Of a DNA stretch of 64,000 nucleotides, positions 12,601 through 26,801 are shown one piece after another; position 1 is the stretch's first letter; each line of letters begins with the position of its first letter. The translations under genes and the position numbers were made by a program. The stretch comes from Pecten maximus. Its lineage: Eukaryota. Under the pieces are notes generated by a model. The model had not been told where the DNA came from. It saw only the letters and a list, made by a program, of their open reading frames with translations, and made no database searches. Location: positions 17,484,001-17,548,000 of the forward strand of contig NC_047022.1 in the NCBI RefSeq assembly GCF_902652985.1. Direction: 5' to 3'.

Positions 12601-12874
12601 ATAAAATACTATTGTTTACATGAATTTTATTGTAGTATGCTAACACTATGAAGCTAGAAAGATAGGTATGTGATCATAAGTATACAACATAGATATAGTA
12701 ATTATAGCACTAATCATTTTAGGAACCTAAATGTAAGATCACAATAAATTATGATTATAGTATAAAGAATATCGTTTATAGGAACCTTAGTGTAATGTTC
12801 TAGCAGAATAAAGCAAGAAAGATTACAATACAAATAAATGTACATTATAAATAAAGCATAAAATGTATGCAATA

Positions 12875-13089
12875 CTATAAACGTGGAAATTTACGCGAGG
12901 GGGAAATTAACGCTAATTACGTGGAGTCCTTTTGATCGCGAAAATTCCCACCACGCGTATTATTTGGGTATCAGTTAACGTAATCTCGAATAACAAATGG
13001 GTGGATCGATCGCGAAAACTACCCCCAAGCGTATAGTTTACATATCGGAATCGCGAAATTAACCCCCGCGAAAACAATCACGTTTACAG
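12875..13089. mobile_element. Tc1/mariner-type MITE
   Basis: TIRs CTATAAACGTG / CACGTTTACAG with TA on both flanks, and internal CGCGAAA sub-repeats. Confidence 0.75.
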
Positions 13090-13213
13090 TAACTGTATCA
13101 TTTACAGAACTTTATGTAGTGTACTAACAATATGAAGCTAGAAAGATTACACATTATGTAGTATAAATGATATCGTTAATAGGAATCTTAAGGCAGTATG
13201 ATGTATGTGAGTA

Positions 13214-13479
13214 CACAGGGACTTAAGAATTAGTTACAGTCTACATGTATTTGAACCTCTCCTAGTGTGTATAGCACATTTTGAGACGTTTTGGGGAGCT
13301 GGATTAAAATTCGGTGTTCATATATATATATATACGAACATATATACGTATATATGAACACAGGAGTGTCATTTTTACTGAATTTTAATCCTAGCCCCCC
13401 AAAACGTCTGAAAATGTGCTATACACACTAGGGTAGGTCCAAATACATGCAGACTGTAACTAATTCTCAAGTCTCTGTG
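13214..13479. mobile_element. Fold-back MITE with ~100-bp TIRs (hAT-like)
   Basis: CACAGGGACTTAAGAATTAGTTACAGTCT... / ...AGACTGTAACTAATTCTCAAGTCTCTGTG, flanked by an 8-bp TSD TGTGAGTA / TGTGAGCA (1 mismatch). Confidence 0.8.
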
Positions 13480-14221
13480 TGTGAGCATATATACAATAAC
13501 TATATACGTAATACGCCACCACATAACCGTTCGGAATGCCTAAGGCGTAGAATTCTCCCTTATTGATTTTTTACTTTTGTCTAATGACGCACATGTTCAT
13601 CGAAAATGAATTCCGGGAATCCCTCACAAATAAATCAAATATGCATAAGCAATCACCTGTGATTAATAGTGTTTGTCTGCCGCGACGGAGATCGTTGTCA
13701 TTTACCACGACCCTCAGGTGAGTCGTTAATAAGACAACATACACAAATCCAGCCATTGGTTCAGTTTTCATCAAACATTAATATGGTATTTTTCGGTGAG
13801 TACCATTCTGGTTTCTCTGTTTTTATTTCATAGCTCCTATCGTACTACAATGTATTTACCGTGAACTACCTCAGGTTGTTTTTTAATTACTTCATGTAAT
13901 AAATAAAAGTATGAAAGATGCCATCAGTGGAAATTAATAGCCATTATCATGCTTGTCCCATTATAGATGTTAATAGTGGCATAGGTACAGAATATATACA
14001 CAGGCACATTAGCAATATCCAGTATGCTTGTTTTATTTCTAGATTTTAATTCTAGTATCCCGAATATATGAACAAGTAGTACATTTTTATTTTGAAAAAA
14101 AGTTATACTTCTAACAATACGAGTAGATAAGTAAAATACAAAAAAAAATAACTTTAACTCAACATTATGAACAATCCAGAAATGCAAGTAGCGAAAATAA
14201 CACATTTTTTTTTGTTTCAAT

Positions 14222-17200
14222 CTAATCTTTATCTGCAGACGAAGCAGACGACGCACTAAGAGCGACACTGCTGGTCTGCGTTGCCGGTTGGGAGGTGGTT
14301 CTACTGAATTTACGACTGGCGTTTTCATAGCCTTCTCTAAGCAAGACATACACTCTTTTATTGACAATAAACGCAATGAAAATGAACACTCCCTGACAAC
14401 CATTCAAAATCGTCGTTACATAGGAAACTACAGACAGAGGAAAAAATGCTTCAATCACCGTTGTTAACCACGTGACACCAGTTATGATGAACAATTTGAC
14501 GTATATTCCAAAATGGCGGTGATTGTCCTGGTTACTATCGACACGCGGCGTATTACGTATTTTATATGCTGTAATTGAAAAGAAAACTATATTTGATAAA
14601 CAAACTGTGATTATTGGAAGCAAAAATGTAACTATGAATGATACTTTACTTGATATGAAACATTTGTCAACTCCGTAACCAGTTCTCTGCCCTTTGTTGA
14701 AGCCAAGAGTGAAAACAGTATTCACAAATACAATGATAACCGGAAGTCCAAATGAATACATTATATATTTTTTCATCGTTTTGATTTTGTTATGTAAAGC
14801 GTGATACCTACCTATTCCGCTAAAAACCCTGAACATATGAAACGAACAAATATTCATACAAGCAAACACGGACAACCATAAGACATGTAAAACTATACCA
14901 ATGACCACACAAAATTTGGAATCTACCGGAGCCATGAACCCAAACTGGAAGGAAAGTTGGGTGAAGAACAAAGAAAACACCAGACACATGTTATTAATGC
15001 CTGGTATTGACTGAAGGGTCGGATTGACCAGATAGACAACAAACGTAAGAAACAGACAAATCAACGAAGCCATATTACAGACAAGAGTTAGTATCGGAAG
15101 TGTCGGGTCTACATATTCCACCACTGGATCTGAGATGGCGTCAACGTCTTCCACACAGACGCGAACTCTACCGTGAGAAGATCTTTGGAATTTGTCAAAC
15201 GGGAGAGTCTTTCCGAGGCTGTGAATTGTTATTTCCATATTGACCGTGTTGACGTCATATTCGTCACTTTCGAGTTCGATTTGTTGACATAAAAGAACTT
15301 TGGTAACGTAGACTGACCTAAACGTCTGCAGAGGGACAAAGCGGTGATTGGAAAACCTTTGAATGTAACACGTTTCTTTGAAGGATGCTTTCTCTATTAT
15401 GGATGGTGTCATCACAGCTCTCAAGCTCGTTTTGGAAGTAAGACTGATGACTCTTTCATTATCTACAGATATATTCCACATATCAGAAATATTTTCTAAC
15501 AATAAATTTTCCGTCCGAAAACGTGGAACATATCCCTCTATATGGACTGTCATGTAAAGAAACAGTTTGATGGTTTCTATGTTGATATCAGCTGATGTCG
15601 ATTCACACGGAAAATTAGACAAAAGATGGAAATTATCTAACACAAATTCTGTTGTGCCAAATATTTTAGAAATGTGAAGTTTTATCCCGTTTTCCATGGT
15701 TGCGAGAAAATCTAGCGCATTTGTTTGGTTTCCTTGGAGATGACCAGTGAACTCTATGGAGATCGTGTATCTTAGATTGTTTGTTATAGATAATAACGGG
15801 ATACAACTGGTATCGTTTAGAACTTTGCCAGGGAAACAGGTTGTGTTTCGACATTCGTTCTGAAAGTAAAAACATGAATTGCATTTATTTTTTCTTTAAC
15901 TATAAATAATCTGATTTATTGTGACTTTCGTTCTGAAAGTAAAAACATAAATTGTATGTAAATTTTCTTTTACTATAAAAAAACCCCGATGTATTATGAC
16001 AACTGTATTAACGACAAAGCGAACCATTAACGGCACAACCTATTAATAACTTTCATTTTGAAATAATAAAATATAAACAATTTTTAGATGTGCAATAACT
16101 CCTAAAAGGTTTATTGTTTTATCAAATTATGAATTATCCTATTTCAAATAATAGTAAACCTTTCCTGAATAAAAAATATTTAAGTTAATTCTTTAGAAAC
16201 CTTCCCAGTGAATATATATAACAATAAGAAACATGTGCAATTGTTGCACGGTAATTATTTTTTTACCTTCCGGTAGTCGTAAACTTGATTTTTGCGACAT
16301 CTCTCACCGTCCATTTCTGACAGATTTTCCTCGTATTCGGCAACTGAAAATATGGAGCGGAATGTCGGCTGGAACGGAGAAGTAGGAGGAGATTTACCGC
16401 TCGGCGATATATCAGATCTAGGACGAATTATGTCTGGCGATATTTTCGGGGTTTCGGCTGAGTTACAAGCTTCACAAAAGATGTTTTTGTATCTCGGATA
16501 GCTGTATATTCGCGGAAAGAGAAGACACGCTTTCTCGTAGTTCATGTTGTAATATCGCCATTGTCCGGTTACGTTGCAAATAGATATTACGTCAGTATTT
16601 TCGTGTTCCGGATTACACAGGTAACAATAAAAGTTTTTGAAACGTTTATACACACGTAACATGTTGCCATCGGCTTGCTCACACGCCCACGCAACATCCG
16701 GGTCATACTGGGGCCAATTTCCTGTGACGTTACACGATGCAACAATTCGTCTTGAATGTTTTGAACATTTAACACGAGGAAACTGGACACTGAATCGCTG
16801 ATCTCCTCTGTTCATTACAAATAAGACTGAACAATTGAGATGTTTGGATAGATCGACTAAATCCATAAAAGAAACAAGATGGCTAAAATCTAAAGCAGAT
16901 CTACACACGACATCAATGTTGGCTAAAAAGTACTTGTCTTTCTTTGCTATCCTTTCAATTTCATCGGTTGGATATATCTTATTGACATTTCTGTTACACA
17001 AATAGCAGTCAAAACTTTTGTAATGAATATTTTGAAATTTTTCAATCAACGGAAGAAATGAACTTATGCCCGTCTGATTGCTCGATATGCAACGGTTCCG
17101 GATGATCGAATGTCCTGCATTATTCCAACAACCGTCCGTGAGAAATAACGTTTTTGTATTCCGTCTTCTTTGATAATTAGATTTGGCTGCATACATGTCC

Positions 17201-18663
17201 ATGCATGATGCCGGATAAGTCAAAGAGAGGTCAACACAGCATAAAGAGCGCATTGTAAACAAACAGATTGGTTTGCAGGAACATTTCTGGAATACTGCCA
17301 AAGCGTATTGTAAAGGGACAATAGTGTTATCACAGAACTGGTCGAAGGGCCGAACTGCAAACATTTTGTACGCCAAATTTGTCACGTTAAGGTTGATGTC
17401 CATCTTTCGTACGACCACGCTGCCAGGACTTTGGCCTTCGATGTTTGCTCCAGGATTAATTTCATCCATATCGATATGGTGGTGGATGATGTTTGTTCTC
17501 ACACTGTGGAGTGCTGTATACATATAACGTAAGTATCTAGGTCGAATTCTACCCGTCTTTATAGAGTAAGAATAAACGTAACGCCTTGGCCTTCCCATTA
17601 CGGATATATCTTCCTTAATTCTGGTGGTGACGTCATAAAATGTTTCATTGTCAGTGGTTATCCGGTTACAAAGATAACAGAAAATATTTTTGAATGGACG
17701 AGTATTTTGTGAAGTCGAATGGTACATACACGCGCGTTCCAAACCCGCGTCATAAGGAGACCACATGCCGGTCGTATTGCATTGGTCAATGACCCCAGAA
17801 GACACATGCGTAGGTGGATTGCACATGTAACAAAACACATTTTTATAATGATGGAATTTTAAATAGTAAGTCGACTCACATGCCAATATTATCGCCTGAT
17901 CGAATGTTTTCCAGGTTCTGGAAACATTACAAGAACGAATTACTATTTCATCTTTTCGTTCGATTTTCAGTTTGCACGGTCGAACCGGGTTCTGCATAGT
18001 TGTATACCGCATGCGGCATTTTCTATTTCGAGCTGCATCAATGATATCCTGATATGTCGACAAAAAATTGAAGTCGGCAAACATGAGACAGTCGATATCC
18101 AGTATCCAGTTTGTAGTGTTATTTTCACCATTGCATGTGGCGCAATGTTTATTTTTATAACTGACCGGGAAAGTTGTCGATGCAACCGGTGGAAGGATAA
18201 GCTGTTCTTTTGTCGTGTATGTTTTCTCACATAGATTTTGTTCTCTACTTCCGGTCCCGGTTGGGCATGAGCGGACAATTTCATAAGACGGGGGCTTAGG
18301 TTTAAGGTTTTTGGAAGAATATGTAGCATTTAAAATTGTTGTGTTGACACATGCCATCGGCGGTAGGGCGAAGTATATGTCTGGGCAACAGTCACCACGT
18401 GTCATGCAGTTGTCGTCGCAGAAGCAACTGGGGCATATTCCCGTTATATTGTATGAGTTGTCCGGAACTAAGACACCAACCAGCGGGAATTTCGAAATAT
18501 CGCAGATATAGTCATACCCACACATCAGGAGAAACTGGTGTATCAAATTATTTAGCTTAGTTTTTCTTTCTTCAACAGGAATAGACTTATTCGCTTGTGT
18601 GAATATTCTACAGGAGGCAAATATCATAATTACTGTTATGATCTGTTTATACGAAAATACCAT
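14222..18663 (-). CDS. Family-B/adhesion (Methuselah-like) GPCR with SMB-like and Cys-rich repeat ectodomain, copy 1. CDS exons 18663-16267 and 15859-14222 (~1344 aa)
   Basis: Signal peptide, CxCDxxCxxRGDCCPD SMB-like motif and 7TM segments with family-B-like motifs (IPGINNMCL, HVLWLSVFACMNIC, GLPVIIV, CFI, KLFIITGVTW, NGCQGVFIF). A phase-0 GT-AG intron joins the two ORFs in frame. Probable 5' UTR exon donor at 19419. Confidence 0.9.
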
Positions 18664-20595
18664 GTTTACCTGAAACAAATAAACAAGAATACTATAATCA
18701 ACGTAGCTTTGTAAAATACTTCAATAAAACATGTCAAACGCAATTCTGATAAGAATAAAAAGAGAACTTCAAATTACCCAAAGCCATATTGAAATGAACA
18801 CAATAATCATGCTGTAAAGTTTGATATTCTGTTGTTGTTTTTTTATTATTATTTTTTTTTTTTGACAGTTTCACCAAAGGATTGTTATGATGCATTTGTC
18901 GCGGGAATATTTTGAAACTGACCATACTTGTCTCTAGCTTAAAGATTTATTCTATCATCGGAAACAGCGAAGCTATTTCTATCATATTAACACAATCTGT
19001 CGTTGGGGATAAATGCTGATTTACCTCACTGTAAGTGACCAATTGTGTAACTTAAATTATTAAAATATACACAAATTCAACATTGACTTAGGAGCCGTAA
19101 AAACAAAGTTTCGCCACTAATATGTACATCATTTGTTGCGTTGCAAATACCATCTTTAATGTAGCCTCTTATAGTGCGATGTATACGTTTAGACATTGCT
19201 ATTTTCATGGTTTGTGATTAAATGGTATTATTTTTGTAACAGAATGATGGATAATCATGAGCAAGTTTCACTTTATATGTGCCAAAATCATAGATAACAG
19301 TTAACTTAATAGTGCCAGAAATTCGACATTGTTCTACAGGAGTAATACAACTAGGTATATATATAAACTTCAAGTGAATAATGTTTCATTGTACATAAGT
19401 CTGTAATAAAAATACTTACCGAGGCTGTGACCTTCCGTGCCAATAAAATTGTTACAGATTAACCATCAGTCACTGGATATCACCTTAGTGTTTCCATTAC
19501 ACAACTTGAATGCTTAGTTCATTCATCAAATTGCTTGTGTTTATCCGAAAGTTTGTAGACAACAAGCTTGCGGATGGACATTATTAAAATATGTTTTGTT
19601 GGCTTGTCTACCTGTTGTCTGTTTACCAGTTTAAGTGATAAACCTTGTTATATACACATATATACACATCATCGCCGGATGTTACCAAACAGGTTTTCGT
19701 AATTGATGGAAACAGATTTGTCATTATGTCGTTTAAATGATGTGGAACTCTCTATTTTTAAACTCGGTAGCAAATGACTAAACAGAAAAAGTATGATATA
19801 ACAAAAAGCTGTTTCAGATAGAACAATCCCTATAGGCAATTTATTTAAATCGTGACAAAAAATAAACTGGTTTACTATAGCACTTAACTATCGTTACGGT
19901 AGATAAGATAAAAACAAAACAAAAAAAACCCGCAAATCCGACTCCAAATCGATAATATGAAAACAGAATATTAACAAAAAGATATGCTTAATTATTCATT
20001 TGTAAATATCCGATTTCCTTGTGCGATATGAAGCCCGACATGTTCGATACTTGTTGGTATGCCTAGTGTTCTGTTTTCATCACGCTGATTCTAATTTTGA
20101 GAATGTGACTTCACGCGCGTTGTAACTATATTTATATGATGGACGCTGAACGGTCTTAGGACAATAGGACGACGTTTTCCTGAAAGGTTATCATTTCCGG
20201 GTTGATGTGAATATATGTCAAATTCAGGCTATGTCAATAAAAGTTTTTTCGAATATTCAAATGTAACGATTCCCCTTCCGAGAATCAACAGTCGACAAGC
20301 TAGAATTACGAACGCAGCCAAACGTATATGTTTCAATCAAATATGAAGTTTATTATTGTTAAAGAGAAGTCCATCACACAATTTAAATCCGCATAGTCCC
20401 AAAATAACCTAAATATTTAGTTGCACGAATGTAATTAATGACAATCCAAGATGCACATTCGTGTTTTCCTAACATTAAAATGATCATTTGACTGGACGCT
20501 TCACCCGGCTAATCCTTGCAACATCAGTGTATAAAGATATAAAGATTTTATCCCGAGATTTGTCACGGAGCCGAGAACGAGGCTACAACAAAGTA

Positions 20596-21012
20596 TAGTC
20601 AAACCAGAATGACCTGTCGCGTTGACCTTTTCGTGGAATATTCAAAGTGGGTAGTTCCATTAGTGCACAGGTGTATTACTGTGTCCAGCAGGGTGCTGTT
20701 TTGGACCATTCGTTTTTTGTTACAATTTTATATTAACAACACAGGGATTGTATCATTTATTTCTGATGCATGGCTTACAAATATTCAAGTAACTATGTGA
20801 TCAATTGTTCACATGTTAACAGTTTTGTCGCTAAATCTAGACAAGTATAAATACAAATGATGCAGCTGATGATAAGGTTTGTTGCATTATAAACAACTAA
20901 CAAATATACATGTATATACACAAAGCACCTATTTCCCCTAAATGACTATAGACTCGTCTGTAATCAATATGCTAATCAAAGTTCAACACGTGAGGTCATT
21001 CTGTTCGGACTA
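20596..21012. mobile_element. TAGTC...GACTA TIR MITE upstream of copy 1
   Basis: TAGTCAAACCAGAATGACCT / AGGTCATTCTGTTCGGACTA. It is an inverted homologue of 33896-34762. Confidence 0.6.
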
Positions 21013-22322
21013 TACACTACACACACATGACCGTTATTTACATATCGGGTATACGTAAACTTGCCTAGTGACTAATAGTGCTTTCATATTAGCAAAATGA
21101 TCTCGTAATAACTTATCAATATAAATAAACATACAACTAAATACTTGATTTCAAAATATAACAATATGCATACAACAAAACATCGATAAAATTCAGGTCG
21201 TTGAAATTGACAATGTTCGAGGAAAACGGAAAAAGCTAACATATAGAAGTCCGACAAAATCGGAATTCGGGTCTATTCCTTTTTATTCTCTTGCTAAGTT
21301 CCAACGAATTGATTATTTCCTAAGACAATCCTGTGGTTTTGCCGAATCAAGTCTCTTTTACATTTCTTTTTGGCAGAACTTGTCTGCGTTTTTGGCAGTT
21401 CCACGCTTTCGGCGTTCCGCCATTTTGTATCGACCGACATCCCGCCTGTTGCATTGTGGGATTAATTTACATAGAAACTCGATCCGTCGGACCCACTTGT
21501 TATTTTTGGGAATATCCCGTATACTGTCATGAATACACATTTTCCACCAGTTTTTTTTAATCGAGATAATTTGTAATGTATATATCAAGTCTAAAAACTG
21601 AAAAGAGGCCAAAATGAAAATATACATTTTTATTTCCTTGGGAGTGTTAGGCTTAAAAGGAACCATTCACAATCTATATTTTCACATATTCATTAATACA
21701 TAAGAGGTTCAGTATACCAAGTGACGTCACAATGATACTAACAATACGTCTATCCCTTTATACTCACTCCAATTTTGTACCATCATATGATTATTTCACA
21801 AAAAGATAATATATTTTTGGAATTTCCGGGTTAATTTTTTATCTGAAAATTAACTTATCCAATGACACCCAAAAAGATATTCCTTAGTAAATAAACTCTG
21901 CTTTTAAAGGTCCAGAATGAAATCCAAGGCTTTTCAAGGCCCAATGTGAAATTCAAGGCTTTCTCAAGGTCCGTGCTAACCCTGTCAATCCCGTCACAAT
22001 AACTCTATGACGTTTTGTGATTGCCTCCCTATTGAGAAACACAGCATGCCCGAGTCTATATTCGTCTGTCTAATATACATTTCAGGCCCTTAGCATCACT
22101 GACGAGTCTAAGAAGGAGGAGAATTATATATGATGCAGTCTAATTCATTTCGGCTCAACTATATTTAACTCACAGAAAGTTATCTTGTGTCTTTTGTACA
22201 ATCAACGTAATATTTTCCCCGTATAGTAAAAAGTATATTCCCATATATATAAGTACCGCATGAAATTGATTAATCTCGTTAAATAAATTCCATATGAAAT
22301 TCCGAAATGTTACCATCAAGAA

Positions 22323-25300
22323 TTATTCGTTGTCCTTGGAAGAGGAATTCATGTTGAAGGTACTTGTCCGGGTCACTTGAGGAGAGTTGGTTCTACTGAA
22401 GGGATTATCTCTGATGTTGATTTTTTCTTTCAACAACAAGAACACTCTTCTGTTGACTATAAAGCCAATGAAAATAAAAACACCTTGACACCCGTTAAGT
22501 ATTGTAGTGAAATACGAAACTATCGACTCAGGAAAAAAGGCTTCAATCACCGTTGCTAACCATGTGACACCTGTTATGAAAAACAGCTTAATATATATCC
22601 CAAAATGACGATGATTTTCATGATTGCTCTCGATACGTGGAGCATTACGTATTTTATAGGCTGTGATTGAAAAGAAAATTATGTTCGATAAACACACTAT
22701 AACTATCGGTGACAGAAACGTTAAATAGAAAGATATTTTATTTGATATGAAACATTTGCCGACTCCATACCCAGTTATCTGCCCTTTGTTAAATCCGAGA
22801 GTGAATGTTGTATTTAGACCAACGATTATGACCGGAAGTCCAAACGAATACGACATGTAACTCTTCAGCGTTTTAAGTTTGTTATGAACTATATGATAGC
22901 TACCTATTCCACTAAAAACCCTGAACATATGAAACGAGCAAATATTCATACAACCAAACACTGACAACCATAAGACATGCATGACCATGCCAATAACTTC
23001 ACATAAAACAGAATCTACCGGAGCCATTAACCCAAACTGGAAGGAGAGTTGAGTGAAGAACAAAGAAAACACCAGACACATGTTATTAATGCCTGGTATT
23101 GACTGAAGGGTCGGATTGACCAGATAGACAACAAACGTTAGAAACAGACAAATCAACGAAGCCATATTACAGACAAGAGTTAGTATCGGAAGTGTCGGGT
23201 CTACATATTCCACCACTGGATCTGAGATGGCGTCAACGTCTTCCACACAGACGCGAACTCTACCGTGAGAAGATCTTTGGAATTTGTCAAACGGGAGAGT
23301 CTTTCCGAGGCTGTGAATTGTTATTTCCATATTGACCGTGTTGACGTCATATTCGTCACTTTCGAGTTCGATTTGTTGACATAAAAGAACTTTTGTAACG
23401 TAGACTGACCTAAACGTCTGCAGAGGGACAAAGCGGTGATTGGAAAACCTTTGAATGTAACACGTTTCTTTGAAGGATGCTTTCTCTATTATGGATGGTG
23501 TCATCACAGCTCTCAAGCTCGTTTTGGAAGCAAGACTGATAAATCTCCCACTATCTACAGATATATTCCACATATCAGAAGTGTTATCTAACAAAGAATT
23601 TTCCGTCCGAAAACGTGGAACATATCCCTCTATATGAACTGTCATGTAAAGAAACAGCTGGATGGTTTCTATGTTGATATAAGCTGCTGTCGATTCACAC
23701 GGGAAGTTAGACAAAAGATGGAAATTATCTAATTCGAATTCCTCTGTACCAAATACTTTTGAAATATGATGTTTGATTCCACTTTCCACGAACTTAAGTA
23801 ATTCTAGAGCGTTTGTTTGGTTTCGTTGGAGATGACCAGTGAACTCAATGGAGACTGTGTACCGCAAATTATTTGTTATAGACAGTAACGGAATACAGCT
23901 GGTACTGTTTAGAACTTTTCCAGGAAAACAAGAAATGTTTCGGCAGTAGTCCTGAAAAAGAAAAAAACAACAAATTCATCCATGATTACGAAATCAATCT
24001 ATAAATACAATGTACACGTTTTGACATTTAGTTTGTTATATTTATAAAAATGAATACTTCTTCCGATGTTATATGGGACTGAATCTATAATAGCTGTGAA
24101 CTGTTATTTCATTTAATTCAATCTGGCCTATCTTATTGCGCATCATAAGTACATGTACTAGCAGAAAGAAGAACATTATTTTCTAATTATTTCAGTTTTT
24201 ATTCATGGCATCTTATATTGCTAAACAGATTTTAAAATACATGAAAAAAACTAGTAGCTGATTCGTAATCATATCAATATTATAATTCGTATAATTTTCA
24301 AAAACATCAAATTGATATAATATATATTGATAACGCCATTTAAGCCCGATATCAATATAAGCATACTCCTTATATGCGGGTTGTCTAATGCTTTAAAATC
24401 TGTTAAGAATTTAATCAATTAATGTCTATGCATAAATGAGATTTATTCAAAATCATACCTGCCGATAGTCGTAAATTTGGTCTTTGCGACACCTTTCTCC
24501 GTCCACTTCCGGCACCGTATCATCATATTCCGCCACCGAAAATATAGACCGGAAGGTTACATCAAAAGGAGGTAACGGAAGTGTGGGTCCCATATTGCCC
24601 GCATCAGATACGCTACCTCTAACGTTTCCTGTTATATTAGGGATCGTAGCCGAATTACAAAGTTCACAAAATAAGTTTTTGTAATGTGGGTAGCTGTATA
24701 TACGAGGGAAAAGATGACAAGCTTTCTCATGATTAATATTGTATTTCTGCCATTGGCCAGTCTCGTTGCAGGATGAAATGACATCTGTGACGGAGTTTTC
24801 CGGATTGCACAGGTAGCAATAAAAGTTTTTAAAATTTTCATATTCAGGTAAGCTATTGGAGGTAGCTTCTTCACATGCCCAAATAACATCCGGGTCGTTT
24901 ACTGGCCAGTTTCCTGTGACGTTGCATTTATCGATAACATCTGATTTTGAACTAGTAGTGCATGTCACATCTTGATTATATGGATTGTGCAAATCAAATC
25001 TGACGGAACAATTAATGTTTTTTGACAGATTGATCACATCCATGAACGAAACAAGGTGAATATAATCTAAAACAGAATCACATACAATATGAATGTCAGA
25101 TAAAAGATAGAAATCACTCGTTACTATGTTTTCAATTCTATCTGTTGGATATATTTCGTCGACATTTGCATTACAGAGATAGCAATCAAAGTTTTTGTAA
25201 TATGTATTGTCGAAACTTTTAATCAAAGGAAGAAATGATATCAGGTCGGTCTGATTATCAGATACACAACGATTTCTGATGGTAGGATGTCCTCTGTTTT

Positions 25301-26801
25301 GCCAGCACCCATCCGTTACTAGAAACTGTTTCTTAGAATTTGCTGCATGTATATTCTGTGAAGCATAATTATCCATGCAAGACACCGGGTATGTCAAGGC
25401 GAAGTCAAGACAGCAGGACCCATCAAACTTAAACAGGCAGGTCGGTCGGCACGTACATGTACGAAAATATACCAAAACATACTGAAGAGGGATTATAGTC
25501 TTATCACAAAACTGATCGAACGGACGAACTGCAAACTGTTTGTATACCAGGTTGGTCACGTTCAGCTGGACGTCTTTCTTCTTTATGACTAGATCAGTTT
25601 CGCTGTAACCATGAGGATAAAAATTCCAGTCGGAATTATTTTGAACCGCATTGTTTTGGAGCTCTATGAAGGTATAACGAATGTGTTCTGGTCGAAGTTG
25701 TCCCGTTCGTATCACGTAATCGTATATATTATGTCTGTCAGACTTTACTATGATGTCTGATATGTTGGTGGTGACGTCATAAAACGTCACATTGTCATTG
25801 GCTATCCGATTACAAAGATAACAGAATATGTTTTTGAATGGACGAGTATTTTGTGAAGTCGAATGGTACACACAAGCGCGTTTTAAACCTGCATCATAGG
25901 GATACCACATGCCGGTCGTATTGCATTGGTCGATGACGTCATCAGGCATATGACTATGTGGATTGCACATGTAACAAAACACGTTTTTGTATTCACGGAA
26001 CTGTAAGTGATAAGTGGACTCGCATGCCAATTCTATCGTGTGGTCGAACATTTTCCAAGATCCGGTAACGTTACAAGAACGAATGATCAAATCATTGTCG
26101 TTTATGGTAAGGTTACATGGCTGGACCGGACTATGCATGGGGGAATATCTCATTCGACATTGTCGTTTTCGAGCTAGATCAATTATTTCCTCATATGTCG
26201 ACAAAAAATTGAAGTCAGCAAACACAAGACAATCGATATCGAGAATCCAGTTTGTGGTGGCATTTTCACCGTTGCATTTGGCGCAATGCTTGTTTCTATA
26301 ACTGACTGGGAATGTTGTTGAAGCAACTGGTGGACGAGTAAGAAGTTCCTTTATTGTGTATGTTTTCTCACATAGATTTCTGTCTTTGTTTCCGGTTTCG
26401 GATGGGCACGAGTTCACAACTTCATAAGATGGAGGCTTTGGTTCAAGGTTGAATGTCGGACCAGTTGTTATTAGGAGTGTGGTATTAACACAAGCCATTG
26501 GGGGTAGAGCAAAGTATACATCCGGGCAACAGTCACCACGTGCCATGCACTCGTTATCACAGTAGCAGTTTGGACATATGCCGGTGATGTTATATGATTC
26601 ATTTGGTGCCGGTACATTGAAAGGCTGAAATTTCGAGATATCGCAGATATAGTCATACCCACACAGCAGAAGAAAATGATGAATTAATTCATTCAGGATG
26701 ATATTCCTCCCGTCAGATGCGGTTGAGAACTTCGTTTGCGAATGTATGACGATGGTAGATATCATAACGCGTACCAGGAGAGCTTGAATGAACCGGGCCA
26801 T
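22323..26801 (-). CDS. Cys-rich-ectodomain family-B-like GPCR, copy 2. CDS exons 26801-24459 and 23951-22323 (~1323 aa)
   Basis: Same architecture as copy 1. ATG follows the acceptor at 26807, with a CAG|gtatga donor and a tttcag|GAC acceptor in frame. Probable UTR-exon donor at 27723. Confidence 0.9.

Noticed and set aside
16292-18560. Short antisense or alternate-frame ORFs overlapping the receptor exons (also in copies 2 and 3)
   Set aside because: They are shadow ORFs whose recurrence is explained by paralogy of the real CDS.
14222-18678. Treating the ectodomain ORF and the 7TM ORF as separate genes
   Set aside because: A conserved phase-0 GT-AG intron joins them in frame in all three copies.
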